Of a DNA stretch of 64,000 nt, positions 26,601 through 37,956 are shown one piece after another. The stretch comes from Sphingomonas sp. (lineage in GTDB: Bacteria; Pseudomonadota; Alphaproteobacteria; Sphingomonadales; Sphingomonadaceae): assembly GCF_965200105.1 (NCBI RefSeq), contig NZ_CBDATN010000003.1, positions 225,863 to 289,862 of the forward strand, read 5' to 3'. The translations under genes and the position numbers were made by a program. The notes under the pieces are model-generated. The model made no database searches, had not been told where the DNA came from, and worked only from the letters and a program-made list of their open reading frames with translations. Within the stretch, counting starts at the first letter, position 1; each line of letters begins with the position of its first letter.

Positions 26601-27119
26601 ATAGAGGCGGCCCGGGAACAGCGACGCCAGCCTCTCCGCGTAGCGTTCGGCATGCTCCACCTGCCCGTTCGCGAAGAGCCGCGCGAGCGCGCCGTCGCCG
26701 GCGCCGGTGAGCGCGATCAGCCCCGCCGTCCGGCCCTCCAGCGCGTCGAGCGCGACGTGCGCGTCCTCCTCCGCCGGCCGGCCGAGATGCGCGTGGCTGA
26801 CGAGCGCGCACAGCGCCTGATACCCCGCCTCGTCCTGCGCGTAGAGCGGCAGCCAGTCGATCGTCGGAGATTTGCCCGGCTCCGCACCGCCGCAGTCGCC
26901 GGGCCGCGCCACGCCCAGCAGCGTGCCGACGATCGGCTGCACGCCCTCCGCCTTCGCCGCCGCGCCGAACGCCATCGCCGCGTACAGCCCGTTCCGGTCG
27001 CAGATCGCGGCGGCCGGCATGCCGAGCCCGGCGGCATGCTTGGCGAGCGCCTTGGGATCGATCGCGCCTTCCAGCATCGTGAAGGCGGTGAACACGCGCA
27101 GTGGCACGAAAGGAGTCAT
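23610..27119 (-). CDS. dnaE: DNA polymerase III subunit alpha
   Basis: PHP domain, [43 protein letters not shown]. Confidence 0.97.
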   Translation of the reverse strand: MTPFVPLRVFTAFTMLEGAIDPKALAKHAAGLGMPAAAICDRNGLYAAMAFGAAAKAEGVQPIVGTLLGVARPGDCGGAEPGKSPTIDWLPLYAQDEAGYQALCALVSHAHLGRPAEEDAHVALDALEGRTAGLIALTGAGDGALARLFANGQVEHAERYAERLASLFPGRLYVELARRGDAIEEAAEAALVEHAYAADLPLVATNPACFAEPHFHAAHDAMLCIAGSAYVESEERRRSCPEDWLKPADEMARLFADLPEAIANTAVVAQRTAFAAPKRKPILPSLAGDREGEAAALRRDAHAGLIARLQRYPRDAEKTIEEAFAPYFERLDFETDVIVQMGFPGYFLIVADFIKWAKEQDIPVGPGRGSGAGSVVAWALTITDLDPLRLGLLFERFLNPERVSMPDFDIDFCETRREEVIRYVQAKYGRAQVAQIITFGRLKARAVLKDTGRVLQMSYGQVDRLAKLVPNHPTDPWTLKRALDGVAELAQEVRREPQVKRLFDLAMKLEGLPRHSSTHAAGVVIGDRALDKLVPLYRDPRSDMPVTQFDMKHVEDAGLVKFDFLGLKTLSVLHRAVEMLRARGIEIDLAGLPWDDGKTYALLQSGNTVGVFQVESEGMRRTLSAVKPTVFEDIIALGALYRPGPMDNIPLFGQRKNGQAPIEYPHPLLKGILAETYGIFVYQEQVMQAAQVLAGYTLGGADLLRRAMGKKIKAEMDAQRATFVEGCARANAIPAAQANSLFDLIDKFAGYGFNKSHAAAYALLTYQTAWLKAHHPHEFYAASMCFDVGQTDKLCVFADDMRRMGVTCLPPSIAESAADFTVEAHGGGLAVRYALGALKGVGERAMAELVADRAARGAFRSIEDFADRIDARTLNRRQIESLAAAGAFAPLVPERARVHAAAETILAHAASAEAARTSGQGGLFGGEGGGVAPIRLGDAHWSLAETMAAEKEAFGFYFSAHPTDRYRHIAQAHGARTWSEWCAQPLPAAPPPDERGRRAPAPTCAMTALVEEARWRTSAKGRRYLLATCSDASGQYMASCFDDEVSAKLEEAARVGGCGLLTVELDRRGEDEQPRVTVRAIRPLEGMTMATRLRLDVACEEASAVHALAAMLGGCRGGRGELHVHAGSGAEVLAGRDFMIDAEIVARIERLPGIASARLAPLVALALVG

Positions 27120-27205
27120 CGCTCCGCACTATGGCGATGCTGTCCGAGTCTTGGAAGCCAGGCGGCGCTCGACAAGCGTCCCCCGCGCCGCCATCTGTGC
27201 CGGCG

Positions 27206-28384
27206 ATGGCGAACCCGCGCATCCTCCTGATCGTCGGCGGCGGGATCGCCGCGTACAAGGCGTGCGAGCTCATCCGCCTGTGCCGGCGCGAAGGCATCGC
27301 GGTGCGCTGCGTGCTGACCGACGGCGGCGCGCATTTCGTCACCGCGATGGCTCTCGCCGCTTTGTCCGAGCAGCCCGTCCACACCTCGCTCTGGGATCTC
27401 AAGGACGAGGCCGAGATGGGCCATATCCGCCTCAGCCGCGAGGCGGACCTCGTCGTCGTCTGCCCGGCCTCGGCCGATCTCGTGGCGCGCGCGGCGGCCG
27501 GCATCGCCGACGATCTCGCCACCACGCTGCTGCTCGCCACCGACAAGCCGGTGCTGATGGCGCCGGCGATGAACGTGCGGATGTGGACGCATTCGGCGAC
27601 GCGGCGCAACGTGGCGACGCTGCGCTCCGACGGCGTGACGGTACTGGAGCCGGACGAGGGCGCGATGGCATGCGGCGAGTACGGCGCCGGCCGCCTGCCC
27701 GAGCCCGAGGCGATCCTCGCCGCGATCCGCGCCCGGCTTTCGCCCGATCGCCCGCTCGCGGGCCGCCACGTCCTCGTCACCGCCGGCCCGACGCACGAGC
27801 CGATCGATCCCGTGCGCTACATCGCCAACCGCTCGTCGGGGAAGCAGGGCTTCGCGATCGCCGCCGCCGCCGCGCGCGCCGGCGCGCGCGTGACGCTGGT
27901 GGCGGGGCCGGTGGCGCTGCCGACGCCGGCGGGCGTCACGCGCGTCGACGTGGAGACGGCGCGCGACATGGCCGCGGCGGTGGCGGCGGCGCTGCCCTCC
28001 GACGCCGCCGTGCTGGTGGCGGCGGTGGCGGACTGGCGCACCGATCCGGCCGACCGCAAGATCAAGAAGCAGGGCGCGGCGCCGACATTGTCGCTCGTCG
28101 AGAACCCCGACATCCTCGCCGGCCTCTCGCGCGACGCGCGCCGCCCGCGCCTCGTCGTCGGCTTCGCCGCCGAGACGCACGACGTGCGTGTCCATGCCCA
28201 GGCCAAGCTCGCGCGCAAGGGCTGCGACTGGATCGTCGCCAACGACGTCTCGGGCGACGTGATGGGCGGCGCCGACAACGCCGTCCACCTCGTCACCGCC
28301 GACGGCGTGGAGGATTGGCCGCGCGCCGCCAAGGGCGATGTCGCCGAGCGGCTGGTGGCGCGGATCGCCGAGGCGCTGCGGTGA
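27206..28384 (+). CDS. coaBC: Bifunctional phosphopantothenoylcysteine decarboxylase/ligase
   Basis: [40 protein letters not shown]. Confidence 0.95.
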   Translation: MANPRILLIVGGGIAAYKACELIRLCRREGIAVRCVLTDGGAHFVTAMALAALSEQPVHTSLWDLKDEAEMGHIRLSREADLVVVCPASADLVARAAAGIADDLATTLLLATDKPVLMAPAMNVRMWTHSATRRNVATLRSDGVTVLEPDEGAMACGEYGAGRLPEPEAILAAIRARLSPDRPLAGRHVLVTAGPTHEPIDPVRYIANRSSGKQGFAIAAAAARAGARVTLVAGPVALPTPAGVTRVDVETARDMAAAVAAALPSDAAVLVAAVADWRTDPADRKIKKQGAAPTLSLVENPDILAGLSRDARRPRLVVGFAAETHDVRVHAQAKLARKGCDWIVANDVSGDVMGGADNAVHLVTADGVEDWPRAAKGDVAERLVARIAEALR

Positions 28385-28830
28385 TCGAGATCGGCTTCCT
28401 CCGCCTGCCCCACGGCGAGGGGCTCGCGCCGCCCGCCTACGCCACGGCGGGCGCCGCCGGGCTCGACGTCGTCGCCGCCGAGGACGTGACGCTGCCGCCC
28501 GGCGGGCGTCACGCGATCGCGACCGGGTTCGCGGTGGCGATCCCGCCGGGTTACGAGATCCAGGTGCGGCCGCGCTCCGGCCTCGCGCTCAAGCACGGCG
28601 TCACCTGCCTCAACACGCCGGGCACGATCGACAGCGACTATCGCGGCGAGGTGAAGGTGATCCTCGCCAATCTGGGATCGGAGCCGTTCGAGGTGCGCCG
28701 CGGCGAGCGGATCGCCCAGCTCGTCCCCGCCGCCGTCGCGCGTGCCAGCTTCGTCGAACTGACCGCGCTCGACGAGACCGTGCGCGGCGGCGGCGGCTTC
28801 GGCTCGACGGGACGCGATCGGCTGCCGTGA
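28381..28830 (+). CDS. dut: dUTPase
   Basis: [26 protein letters not shown] and [10 protein letters not shown] motifs. Confidence 0.95.
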   Translation: MIEIGFLRLPHGEGLAPPAYATAGAAGLDVVAAEDVTLPPGGRHAIATGFAVAIPPGYEIQVRPRSGLALKHGVTCLNTPGTIDSDYRGEVKVILANLGSEPFEVRRGERIAQLVPAAVARASFVELTALDETVRGGGGFGSTGRDRLP

Positions 28831-29579
28831 GGCTCAGCGACGAGGAGCTCGATCGCTACGCGCGCCACATCGTGCTCAAGGAGATCGGCGGTGCGGGGCA
28901 GGCCCGGCTGGCGGCGGCGCACGTGCTGGTGATCGGCGCGGGCGGGATCGGATCGCCGGTCATCCAGTATCTCGCCGCCGCCGGCGTGGGGCGGCTGACG
29001 ATCGCGGACGACGACGACGTCGCGCTCTCCAATCTCCAGCGCCAGACGCTGTTCGCGACGCGCGACGTCGGCCACGCCAAGGTCGTGGCGGCGGCGAACG
29101 CCGTGCAGCGGCTCAACCCGCACGTGACGGTGACACCCTTCGACCGGCGAGTCGGCGCGGGCAATGCGGCCATGCTGCTCGCCGGTGCCGACGTGGTGGT
29201 GGACGGCTGCGACAATTTCGAGACGCGGCTGGTGGTGGCGGACGCGGCGCTGGCGGCGCGCGTGCCGCTCGTTTCGGCGGCGGTCGGCCAGTTCGACGGG
29301 CAGCTCGCGGTGTATCGCGGCTGGGAGGCGGATAAGCCCTGCTATCGCTGCCTGGTCGGCGGCGATCCGGACGGCGACGAGACGAGCTGCGCCGATCAGG
29401 GCGTGCTCGGCGCGATGACCGGCGTCATGGGCTCGCTCGCCGCGATCGAGGCGATCCGGCAGGTCGTGCCGTTCGGCGAGGACCCGGCGGGCCGCCTGCT
29501 CATCGCCGATACGCTCGCCTTCCGCTTCCGCACCGTCGCGCTCGCCAAGGATCCGGGATGCCGATGCGCGACGGCATGA
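28827..29579 (+). CDS. HesA/MoeB/ThiF family adenylyltransferase
   Basis: [24 protein letters not shown]...C. Confidence 0.9.
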   Translation: MRLSDEELDRYARHIVLKEIGGAGQARLAAAHVLVIGAGGIGSPVIQYLAAAGVGRLTIADDDDVALSNLQRQTLFATRDVGHAKVVAAANAVQRLNPHVTVTPFDRRVGAGNAAMLLAGADVVVDGCDNFETRLVVADAALAARVPLVSAAVGQFDGQLAVYRGWEADKPCYRCLVGGDPDGDETSCADQGVLGAMTGVMGSLAAIEAIRQVVPFGEDPAGRLLIADTLAFRFRTVALAKDPGCRCATA

Positions 29580-29938
29580 GGGGCCTGACCGTCATTGTCG
29601 CCGATCGCTCCTCCGAGCGGCTCCGCGCCGCGCTGACGCTGGCCGCCGCGCAGGCCGCGCTGGGCGGCCGCGCGCGCCTCTTCTGCCAGGGCGAGGCGGC
29701 CGCGATGCTGCGCCCCCCGATCGAGGGCGAGGGGGACGAAGCGCACGATCGCGCCGGCCTGCCGATGCTCGCCGAGCTGGTGGAGGAGGCACTGACCCTC
29801 GGCGTCGAGCTGATCGCCTGCCAGTCCGGATTGGCGCTCACCGGCATAGACGCCACCACGTTCGATCCGCGCGTCGGCGCGGGCGGCCCGGTGGGCGTGC
29901 TCCAGTCGCTCGGCGACGATCGCCTCGTCGTGATCTGA
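29576..29938 (+). CDS. DsrE/peroxiredoxin-like protein
   Basis: LFCQGEA...GVELIACQSGL pattern; ATGA-coupled to the MoeB-like gene. Confidence 0.7.
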   Translation: MRGLTVIVADRSSERLRAALTLAAAQAALGGRARLFCQGEAAAMLRPPIEGEGDEAHDRAGLPMLAELVEEALTLGVELIACQSGLALTGIDATTFDPRVGAGGPVGVLQSLGDDRLVVI

Positions 29939-30064
29939 ACGCCGATCCAACAGCCAGATTGGCGTGAAAGCTCCTCGCGCAGTTACAAAGCGACAGTCAC
30001 TGAACGAACGCCTCGGTTGCAATGCGAGTACCGGCTATAGATGCTTCACACGAGGGGAGCCGCC

Positions 30065-31063
30065 ATGATGGGCTGGATCGGACCGCACGAGCTGTCGTTT
30101 CTCCTCGGCTATCTACTCTTAACGATGGCTCTCTCCGCCGCAATCACAACAGGGGTGACGCGGATCGGCAACGGACGGATTGCGTTCCTGGCACCATTTC
30201 TGGGCAGCCTCCTGATGCCAGCCGGTCTCATCGGGTGGGCCGCCGCCATCCTGGTCTTCTACCCGGAAAGGCCGTCGCCGGACGACGCCGCGATGATAGT
30301 GGCGGTCGCGCTGTTAATCCTCTCGGTTCTGACGCTTCCTTTCTCAACCGCCGCAAGCGCATGGACCGCGGAACGCCATTCGAGCCGATGTGGCACAACG
30401 TCATCTAGCCGGCGATCGAGACTGCATGTCGTCGGCTACGTCGCGACGGCCATCGTCGCTTTCGAGATCGTCGGCGTCGCTGTCGCCTCGGTTTCAGCGT
30501 GGCTCCAGCAAAAGCGCATCGGCGATCGATATGCGGAGAACACACGAACGGCTCCGTTTCCGCTCGCCAAGTACGAGACCAGTTCCTCGAACTCCCCGAT
30601 CTTGTTGAACATGCGTCGACTCCGCAGTCTCGCCGCAATGGACGGCGACGGCATCCGCTTCTTCGCCATGCCGGCATTGGGACTGAGATGGTACTCGGTC
30701 GCGGTGTACCTACCGATGCATGGCGACACGGCGCGAGGACAGCTGATCGTCACGGACCAGCACCGCAAAGGAGACCATGTTCTATCGGTCATCGACTTCA
30801 CGATCGCCAAACCGGCCTATGCCGCGATGGCGACGGCACTGGACCGGGAGACCTCCGGATATCCCGGCTACAGACGGATGTGCGTCGACGGCACGTACGT
30901 CGCTTTCGAGCAGGTACATGGGCAGGCGGTGACCAGCGGTTCGGGATCGGCGTCGTGCAGCGACCACTACGAAGCCGTGAGCCTCATAGTCCTTCGCGGA
31001 CTTAGCCAGGCCTGGCCTCGTCTCCCGCTTCCGCAGGGCGGTGATTGGATGCCGCCAAAATAG
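30065..31063 (+). CDS. Orphan membrane protein (about 4 TM plus soluble C-terminal domain)
   Basis: GAGGGGAG RBS; four hydrophobic segments; visibly more A/T-rich than flanking genes. Confidence 0.6.
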   Translation: MMGWIGPHELSFLLGYLLLTMALSAAITTGVTRIGNGRIAFLAPFLGSLLMPAGLIGWAAAILVFYPERPSPDDAAMIVAVALLILSVLTLPFSTAASAWTAERHSSRCGTTSSSRRSRLHVVGYVATAIVAFEIVGVAVASVSAWLQQKRIGDRYAENTRTAPFPLAKYETSSSNSPILLNMRRLRSLAAMDGDGIRFFAMPALGLRWYSVAVYLPMHGDTARGQLIVTDQHRKGDHVLSVIDFTIAKPAYAAMATALDRETSGYPGYRRMCVDGTYVAFEQVHGQAVTSGSGSASCSDHYEAVSLIVLRGLSQAWPRLPLPQGGDWMPPK

Positions 31064-31085
31064 CTGGGTGCGCCAGCGTCGCCGC

Positions 31086-33626
31086 CTACCCGGCCTTCAC
31101 CTTCGCCGCCTTCTTGGGCTTCGCCGGCGCTTTCTTCGGGGCGGCCTTGCGCGCCGGCTTCTTGCCCTTGGCGGGGGCCTTGGCGGCGCGCTCGGCGAGC
31201 AAGGCTACCGCTTCGTCGAGCGTCAGCGCCTTGGGATCGGCGCCCTTGGGCAGCGTGGCGTTGGTCGTGCCGTCGGTGACGTAGGCGCCGTAGCGGCCCT
31301 CCATCACCTTCACGGGCTGGCCGCTCTCGGGATGGTCGCCGAGCGCGGCGAGCGGCTCGCGCGCGGCACCGCCGCCGCGCCTGCCGCCGCCCGCCGCCGC
31401 CTCGGCGAGCTTGACGACGGCGGCGTTCATGCCCGTCTCGAACACCTCGGCGGTGGATTGCAGCCGGGCATATTTGCCGTCGTGCATCAGGTACGGGCCG
31501 TAACGCCCGATCGAGGCGGTGACGGGATTGCCCGTTTCCGGGTGCGTGCCGACGGTGCGCGGCAGCGCGAGCAGGCGGAGCGCCAGATCCAGGTCCAGGT
31601 CGCCCGCGTCCTTGGGGATCGAGGCGCGCTTGGCCTCCTTGCCCTCGCCGAGCTGCACATAGGCTCCGAACCGGCCCGAGCGGCGCGTCACCGCCTCGCC
31701 CGTCGCGGGGTCCGCGCCTAGCTCCTCGGGCCCGGTATCGTTGGCGGCCTCGGCGCCGCCTTGCGCGAAGCGGCGCGTGAACTTGCACTCGGGATAGTTG
31801 GAGCAGGCGACGAACGCGCCGAACCGGCCGCCGCGCAGCGCCAGCCGCCCCTGCCCGCACGCCGGGCAGAGCCGGGGATCGGAGCCATCGCCCTTGTCGG
31901 GGAACAGGAAGGGCTCGAGGAACTGGTCGAGCGCCGCTGTCACCTCGGACGGCTTCTGCTCCATCACCTCGACGGTCTTGGGCTTGAAGTCGCGCCAGAA
32001 GGCGTCGAGCACCTGCTGCCATTGGGCACGGCCGCCGGACACGTCGTCGAGCTGCTCCTCCAGCCCGGCGGTATAGTCGAAGCCGACGTAACGCTCGAAG
32101 AAGCGTTCCAGGAAGGCCGTCACCAGCCGCCCGCTCTCCTCGGCGTGGAAGCGGTTCTTCTCGATCCGGACGTAATCGCGATCCTTGAGCGTCTGGAGGA
32201 TCGAGGCGTAGGTCGACGGCCGGCCGATCCCCAGCTCCTCCATCCGCTTGACGAGGCTCGCCTCGGAAAAACGCGGCGGCGGCTGGGTGAAATGCTGCTC
32301 GGCCCGCACGCCTTTCACGGCGGGCACGTCGCCTTCGGAGAGCTTGGGCAGGCGCTTGCTGTCCTCGTCCCCCTCGTCGTCGCGCCCCTCCTCGTACAGC
32401 GCGAGGTAGCCGGGAAAGATCACCACCTGCCCCGTTGCGCGGACGGCGAGCTGACCGGTGCCGTCGGTGAGTTCGACGGTGGTGCGCTCCAGCCGCGCGG
32501 ACGCCATCTGGCTGGCGAGCGCGCGCTTGTAGACGAGCTCGTAGAGCCGCGCGTGATCGCCCGACGCGGCGTTGGGGCGGCCGAAATCGGTCGGCCGGAT
32601 CGCCTCGTGCGCCTCCTGCGCGTTCTTGGCCTTGGCGGTGTAGCGACGCGGCTGATCGGGCACGTAGCCGCCGTCGTAGCGCTCCGCGACCGCCTTGCGC
32701 GCCGCCGAGATCGCGCTCTCGTCCATCTGCACGCCGTCGGTGCGCATGTAGGTGATGAGCCCGTCCTCGTAGAGCCCCTGCGCGATCCGCATCGTGTGGC
32801 TCGCCGAGAAGCCGAGCTTGCGCGCCGCCTCCTGCTGGAGCGTGGAGGTGGTGAACGGCGCCTGCGGGTTGCGGACGACGGGCCGCGTCTCTACCGACGC
32901 GACCGTCAGCCGCGCCGCCTCCACGTCCGCCCTCGCCGCCTGCGCGTTGCCCTCGTTGCCGATCGACAGCCGATCGAGCTTATCGCCCTTCCAGCGCACC
33001 AGTCGCGCGGCGAAGCCGATGCCGTCATGCTCCATGTCGGCAGCGACCGACCAGTATTCCTGCGCGCGGAATACCTCGATCTCGCGCTCGCGATCCACCA
33101 CCAGCCGCAGCGCCACCGATTGCACGCGCCCCGCAGACTTGGCGCCGGGCAGCTTGCGCCACAGCACCGGCGACAGCGTGAAGCCGACCAGGTAGTCGAG
33201 CGCGCGCCGCGCCCGGTAGGCGTCGATCAGGTCCTCGTCGAGCCCGCGCGGCGCTTCCATCGCCTTCAGCACGGCGGGTTTGGTGATCGCGTTGAAGGTG
33301 ACGCGTCGCGTGTCGGCGGGCAGCGCCTTGCGCTTCCTGAGCACCTCCTGCACGTGCCACGAGATCGCCTCGCCCTCGCGATCGGGGTCGGTGGCGAGGA
33401 TGAGCTGGTCGGCGCCCTTGGCCTCGTCGGCGATCGCCTTGAGCTGCTTCGCCTTGTCGGGATAGCTCTCCCACTCCATCGCGAAGCCGGCGTCGGGGTC
33501 GACCGAGCCGTCCTTCGCCGGCAGGTCGCGGACGTGGCCGTAGGAGGCGAGCACCCGGTAGCCGGGGCCGAGATACTTCTCGATGGTCTTGGCCTTGGCG
33601 GGCGATTCGACGACGACGAGCTTCAT
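31086..33626 (-). CDS. topA: DNA topoisomerase I
   Basis: VVESPAKAKTI, ATDPDREGEAI, SAGRVQS, ITYMRTD (catalytic Tyr); Lys-rich tail. Confidence 0.97.
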   Translation of the reverse strand: MKLVVVESPAKAKTIEKYLGPGYRVLASYGHVRDLPAKDGSVDPDAGFAMEWESYPDKAKQLKAIADEAKGADQLILATDPDREGEAISWHVQEVLRKRKALPADTRRVTFNAITKPAVLKAMEAPRGLDEDLIDAYRARRALDYLVGFTLSPVLWRKLPGAKSAGRVQSVALRLVVDREREIEVFRAQEYWSVAADMEHDGIGFAARLVRWKGDKLDRLSIGNEGNAQAARADVEAARLTVASVETRPVVRNPQAPFTTSTLQQEAARKLGFSASHTMRIAQGLYEDGLITYMRTDGVQMDESAISAARKAVAERYDGGYVPDQPRRYTAKAKNAQEAHEAIRPTDFGRPNAASGDHARLYELVYKRALASQMASARLERTTVELTDGTGQLAVRATGQVVIFPGYLALYEEGRDDEGDEDSKRLPKLSEGDVPAVKGVRAEQHFTQPPPRFSEASLVKRMEELGIGRPSTYASILQTLKDRDYVRIEKNRFHAEESGRLVTAFLERFFERYVGFDYTAGLEEQLDDVSGGRAQWQQVLDAFWRDFKPKTVEVMEQKPSEVTAALDQFLEPFLFPDKGDGSDPRLCPACGQGRLALRGGRFGAFVACSNYPECKFTRRFAQGGAEAANDTGPEELGADPATGEAVTRRSGRFGAYVQLGEGKEAKRASIPKDAGDLDLDLALRLLALPRTVGTHPETGNPVTASIGRYGPYLMHDGKYARLQSTAEVFETGMNAAVVKLAEAAAGGGRRGGGAAREPLAALGDHPESGQPVKVMEGRYGAYVTDGTTNATLPKGADPKALTLDEAVALLAERAAKAPAKGKKPARKAAPKKAPAKPKKAAKVKAG

Positions 33627-33703
33627 GGGTGGCGCGGCCTCTCACACGTACGCGTACGAGTTGGGGAGCGGCAGCCGCCGCCGTCAACCGTGACGGGCGC
33701 CCG

Positions 33704-34186
33704 TCACTTCTTGCGCGTGAAATCCACCGAGACGACGTTCGAGCCGTCCTCGCGCTCCACCGCCGGCGCGTCGTTCTCGGGCTCGCCGGTGTCGGCGGGC
33801 TCGATGCCGTCGGCCTGCGCCTGGAACTGGAGCGCGAAGTCGACCGCCGGATCGACGAACGCCGTCACCGCCGCGAACGGCACGTGCAGCTTGGCGGGCA
33901 CCTGGTTGAACGACAGCCCCACCTCGAAGCGATCGCCCGCCACGCGCAGGTCCCAGTAGCGGTTCTGGATCACGATCGTCATCTCGTCGGGGAAGCGCTT
34001 GGCGAGATGGTCCGGGATGTCGACGCCGGGCGCGCCGGTCTTGAAGGTGATGTAGAAATGATGGTTGCCGGGCAGCCCGCCGCCGCGCTCGACCTCGCCG
34101 AGCACGCGGCCGACCACCGCGCGCAGCGCTTCCTGCACGATCTCGTCGTAGGGAATCAGGCTGTCGGGCGCGGCCGCTTCGCTCAT
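33704..34186 (-). CDS. sspB: Alphaproteobacterial SspB-family ClpXP adaptor
   Basis: [13 protein letters not shown]...[22 protein letters not shown]-terminal [11 protein letters not shown]. Confidence 0.88.
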   Translation of the reverse strand: MSEAAAPDSLIPYDEIVQEALRAVVGRVLGEVERGGGLPGNHHFYITFKTGAPGVDIPDHLAKRFPDEMTIVIQNRYWDLRVAGDRFEVGLSFNQVPAKLHVPFAAVTAFVDPAVDFALQFQAQADGIEPADTGEPENDAPAVEREDGSNVVSVDFTRKK

Positions 34187-34284
34187 GCCCCGCTCGATGG
34201 ACGTGGGGGGCGGGACGGTCAAGCCGTTGCGCGGGCGGTCGCCCGCGCTATGAGGGCGCCGCCCCACCCCGCAGGAGCGACGAG

Positions 34285-34881
34285 ATGCGCCGCGCCACCG
34301 TCACCCGCCAGACCACCGAGACGCGGATCGCGGTGACGCTCGACTGCGACGGCACCGGCACCTACCGGATCGCCACCGGCATCGGCTTCCTCGACCACAT
34401 GCTGGAGCAGCTCTCGCGCCACTCGCTGATCGACCTGGAGGCTGCGGCCGAGGGCGATCTCCACATCGATCATCACCACACCACCGAGGACTCGGCGCTG
34501 GCGATCGGCGAGGCGCTGTCGAAGGCGCTGGGCGACAGGCGCGGCATCCAGCGCTTCGGCACCGCCTACGCGCCGATGGACGAGACCCTCACGCGGGTTT
34601 CGATCGACATATCGGGCCGCTCCTACCTCGTCTGGCGCACTGCGTTCACTCAGCCGAAGCTCGGCGACTTCGACACCGAGCTGTTCGAGCACTGGTTCCA
34701 GAGCTTCGCGCAGGCCGCCGGCATCACGCTCCACGTCGAGACGCTGTACGGCCGCAACAACCACCATATCGTCGAGAGCGCGTTCAAGGCGCTGGCGCGC
34801 GCGCTCCGCGCCGCGATCGAGGTCGATCCGCGCAAGGCCGACGCGGTGCCGTCCACCAAGGGCACGCTCGGCGGCGCATGA
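34285..34881 (+). CDS. hisB: Imidazoleglycerol-phosphate dehydratase
   Basis: [26 protein letters not shown]. Confidence 0.96.
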   Translation: MRRATVTRQTTETRIAVTLDCDGTGTYRIATGIGFLDHMLEQLSRHSLIDLEAAAEGDLHIDHHHTTEDSALAIGEALSKALGDRRGIQRFGTAYAPMDETLTRVSIDISGRSYLVWRTAFTQPKLGDFDTELFEHWFQSFAQAAGITLHVETLYGRNNHHIVESAFKALARALRAAIEVDPRKADAVPSTKGTLGGA

Positions 34882-35489
34882 CGCTGGCGCTCATCGATTT
34901 CGGCGCGGGCAACCTGCGCTCGGTCGCCAACGCGCTGGCGGCGGCGGGCGCGGATGACGTGCGCGTCACCGCCGATCCTGCCGACGTGCGCGGCGCCGAC
35001 CGCATCGTGCTGCCCGGCGTCGGCGCGTTCGGCGCCTGCCGCGACGCGCTGGCCGCCATCCCCGGCATGATCGACGCGCTCGACGCGCGAGTGCGGCGCG
35101 ACGCGGTGCCCTTCCTCGGCATTTGCGTGGGAATGCAGCTCCTTGCCGACACGGGCGAGGAACTCGGCCGGCACGACGGGCTCGGCTGGATACCGGGCAC
35201 CGTCCGTCGCCTGCCCGATCGCGCGAACGCCCGCGTCCCCCACATGGGCTGGAACGACGTGAAGCCCGATCGCGCGCACCCGCTGCTGCCGCCGGGCGAG
35301 GCCTATTTCCTCCACAGCTACGCCTTCGATCCCGCTGATCCGGCGGATCGTCTCGCCGCCACCGATCATGCCGGGCCGGTGACGGCCGCGATCGGCCGCG
35401 ACACCATCGTCGGCGTCCAGTTCCACCCCGAGAAGAGCCAGGCCTACGGGCTCGCCTTCCTCTCCCGCTTCCTGGCTTGGCGTCCGTGA
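34878..35489 (+). CDS. hisH: Imidazole glycerol phosphate synthase, glutaminase subunit
   Basis: [28 protein letters not shown]. Confidence 0.96.
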   Translation: MTLALIDFGAGNLRSVANALAAAGADDVRVTADPADVRGADRIVLPGVGAFGACRDALAAIPGMIDALDARVRRDAVPFLGICVGMQLLADTGEELGRHDGLGWIPGTVRRLPDRANARVPHMGWNDVKPDRAHPLLPPGEAYFLHSYAFDPADPADRLAATDHAGPVTAAIGRDTIVGVQFHPEKSQAYGLAFLSRFLAWRP

Positions 35490-35499
35490 GGCCGGCCGC

Positions 35500-36243
35500 A
35501 TGATCGTCTTCCCCGCCATCGACCTGAAGGGCGGCGCGGTCGTGCGGCTCGCCGAGGGCGACATGGATCGCGCCACCGTCTACGGCGACGATCCCGCGCG
35601 ACAGGCCCGCGCGTTCGCCGCTGCGGGTGCCACCCACCTCCACGTCGTCGATCTCGATGGCGCCTTCGCGGGCCAGGCGGTGAACGGCGCGGCGGTCGAG
35701 GCGATCGTCGCGGCCTTCGCGGGCAAGGTGCAGCTCGGTGGCGGCATCCGCGATCGCGCCGCGATCGACCGCTGGCTGGCGCTCGGCGTCGATCGCGTCG
35801 TGGTCGGCACCGCCGCGCTCGACGATCCCGCGCTGGTCCGCCAGGCGGCGGGAGACCTGCCGGGCCGGATCGTGGTCGCGGTCGACGCCCGCGCCGGCTT
35901 CGTCGCGACGCGCGGCTGGGCGGACCAGTCCGAGGTGCGCGTCGTCGATCTCGCCGAGCGTTTCGCGGACGCTGGCGTCGCGGCGTTGCTCTTTACCGAC
36001 GTGGGACGCGACGGGCTGCTCAGGGGCTGCAACGTCGCCGCCACGCAGGCGCTCGCCGAGGCGACGGCGATACCTGTGATCGCGTCGGGCGGCGTCGCCG
36101 GCCTCGCCGACATCGAGGCGCTGGTCGCGGCGCGCGCGACGATGGCGGGCGGCGGCATCGAGGGCGTGATCACCGGCCGCGCGCTCTACGACGGCCGGCT
36201 CGATCTCGCCGAGGCGTTGCGGGTGGCGGCAGGGACGGCGTGA
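35500..36243 (+). CDS. hisA: ProFAR isomerase
   Basis: [34 protein letters not shown]. Confidence 0.95.
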   Translation: MIVFPAIDLKGGAVVRLAEGDMDRATVYGDDPARQARAFAAAGATHLHVVDLDGAFAGQAVNGAAVEAIVAAFAGKVQLGGGIRDRAAIDRWLALGVDRVVVGTAALDDPALVRQAAGDLPGRIVVAVDARAGFVATRGWADQSEVRVVDLAERFADAGVAALLFTDVGRDGLLRGCNVAATQALAEATAIPVIASGGVAGLADIEALVAARATMAGGGIEGVITGRALYDGRLDLAEALRVAAGTA

Positions 36244-36998
36244 CCGTCCGCGTCCGCGTCATCCCCTGTCTCGACGTCGCCGGCGGGCGCGTGGTGAAGG
36301 GCGTCAACTTCGTCGATCTCGCCGATGCCGGCGATCCCGTCGAACAGGCGCGCGTCTACGATGCCGCCTTGGCCGACGAGCTCTGCTTCCTCGACATCAC
36401 CGCCAGCCACGAGGCGCGCGGCACGCTGCTCGACGTCGTCGAGCGGACGGCGGCGGTGTGCTTCATGCCGCTGACCGTCGGCGGCGGCGTCCGCACCGCG
36501 GAGGATGCGCGCGCGCTGCTGCTCGCGGGCGCGGACAAGGTGGCGGTGAACTCCGCCGCCGTGGCGCGGCCGGCGCTCGTCTCCGACATCGCCGAGCGCT
36601 TCGGCGCCCAGTGCGTCGTCGGCGCGGTCGACGCGAAGCGCAGGGGCGACGGCTGGGAGATCTTCACCCACGGCGGCCGGAAAGCCACCGGGATCGACGC
36701 CGTCGCCCACGCCCGCGATCTCGCGGAACGCGGCGCCGGCGAGCTGCTCGTCACGTCGATGAATCGCGACGGCACGCGCGTCGGCTACGACCTCGCGCTC
36801 GTCCGCGCGATCGCCGACGCGGTGAGCGTGCCGGTGATCGCCAGCGGCGGCGTCGGCTCGCTCGATCACCTCGTCGACGGCGTGCGCGCGGGCGCGAGCG
36901 CCGTGCTCGCGGCGTCGATCTTCCATTTCGGGCAGCATAGCGTGGGCGACGCGCACGCGGCGCTCGCCGCCGCCGGCCTGCCTGTGCGCGGGCGTTGA
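36240..36998 (+). CDS. hisF: Imidazole glycerol phosphate synthase, cyclase subunit
   Basis: [38 protein letters not shown]. Confidence 0.96.
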   Translation: MTVRVRVIPCLDVAGGRVVKGVNFVDLADAGDPVEQARVYDAALADELCFLDITASHEARGTLLDVVERTAAVCFMPLTVGGGVRTAEDARALLLAGADKVAVNSAAVARPALVSDIAERFGAQCVVGAVDAKRRGDGWEIFTHGGRKATGIDAVAHARDLAERGAGELLVTSMNRDGTRVGYDLALVRAIADAVSVPVIASGGVGSLDHLVDGVRAGASAVLAASIFHFGQHSVGDAHAALAAAGLPVRGR

Positions 36999-37029
36999 CG
37001 ACCTCGTGCCGGACACGCACAAGCCGTCC

Positions 37030-37494
37030 ATGTCCGACACGCTGACCCGCCTCGCCGCCATCGTCGCGGAGCGTCGCCACGCCGATCCCAAGGAGAGCTA
37101 CGTCGCCGCGCTGCTCGCCAAGGGGCTGCCGCACGTCGCGCGCAAGATGGGCGAGGAGGCGGTGGAGACGGTGGTGGCCGCGCTCGCCAGCGACCCGCGC
37201 GCGTTGACGGCGGAGGCGGCGGACCTCCTCTTCCACCTGCTGGTGCTGCTGGAGAAGCGCGGCGTCGCTCTCGCCGACGTTCTCGCCGAACTCGATCGGC
37301 GCGAGGGCACGTCCGGCCACGAGGAAAAGGCGGCCCGCCCGGTCGAGCCCGCGCCGGCACCGCCGCCGCCGCCGGAAGCCGAGCCCGCGCCCGAGCCGCG
37401 CCCGGAGCCCGACATCCTCGATCTGGGCGAAAACGCGCCGGCGCTGGCGATGGGGGGCGCTCCCGTTCCCCGCAAGCGCATCCGCAGGGGCTGA
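37030..37494 (+). CDS. hisE: Phosphoribosyl-ATP pyrophosphohydrolase with Pro-rich C-terminal extension
   Basis: SYVA.L...KMGEEAVE...EAADLLFHLLVLL. Confidence 0.9.
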   Translation: MSDTLTRLAAIVAERRHADPKESYVAALLAKGLPHVARKMGEEAVETVVAALASDPRALTAEAADLLFHLLVLLEKRGVALADVLAELDRREGTSGHEEKAARPVEPAPAPPPPPEAEPAPEPRPEPDILDLGENAPALAMGGAPVPRKRIRRG

Positions 37495-37497
37495 CCC

Positions 37498-37875
37498 ATG
37501 CCGGTCGACGCGACGCTATCCTACGACGACACCAATGTCTTCGCGCGGATCCTGCGCGGCGAGCTGCCCGCGTCTCGCGTGTACGAGGACGAGCACGCGC
37601 TCGCCTTCCACGACATCAATCCCCAGGCGCCCACCCACATCCTCGTCGTCCCGAAGGGCGCCTACGTGTCATGGGACGATTTCTCCGCCCGCGCGAGCGA
37701 CGCCGAGATCGCCGGCTTCGTCCGCGCCGTCGGCATCGTGGCGCGCGAGGCGGGGCTGGTGGCGCCGGGCTACCGGCTGCTCGCCAACACCGGCACCGAC
37801 AGCCACCAGGAGGTGGCGCATCTCCACGTCCACATCTTCGCGGGGCGCCGGCTCGGCCGCATGCTCTGCGACTGA
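37498..37875 (+). CDS. HIT-family nucleotide-binding protein
   Basis: NVFARILRGE, HILVVPK, HLHVHI triad. Confidence 0.93.
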   Translation: MPVDATLSYDDTNVFARILRGELPASRVYEDEHALAFHDINPQAPTHILVVPKGAYVSWDDFSARASDAEIAGFVRAVGIVAREAGLVAPGYRLLANTGTDSHQEVAHLHVHIFAGRRLGRMLCD

Positions 37876-37956
37876 GCGGCCGGGGATTGCGCGCCCGTCG
37901 CAACCGGCTAGGCTCGGCGCCAGGAAGCCGCCCCGCGCGGCAGGGGGTTCTAGACG

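Noticed and set aside
22960-27780. 1606-aa and other very long Arg/Ala/Gly-rich ORFs
   Set aside because: Alternative-frame or antisense shadows of GC-rich genes (dnaE, topA, permease, kinase); low-complexity translations with no motifs.
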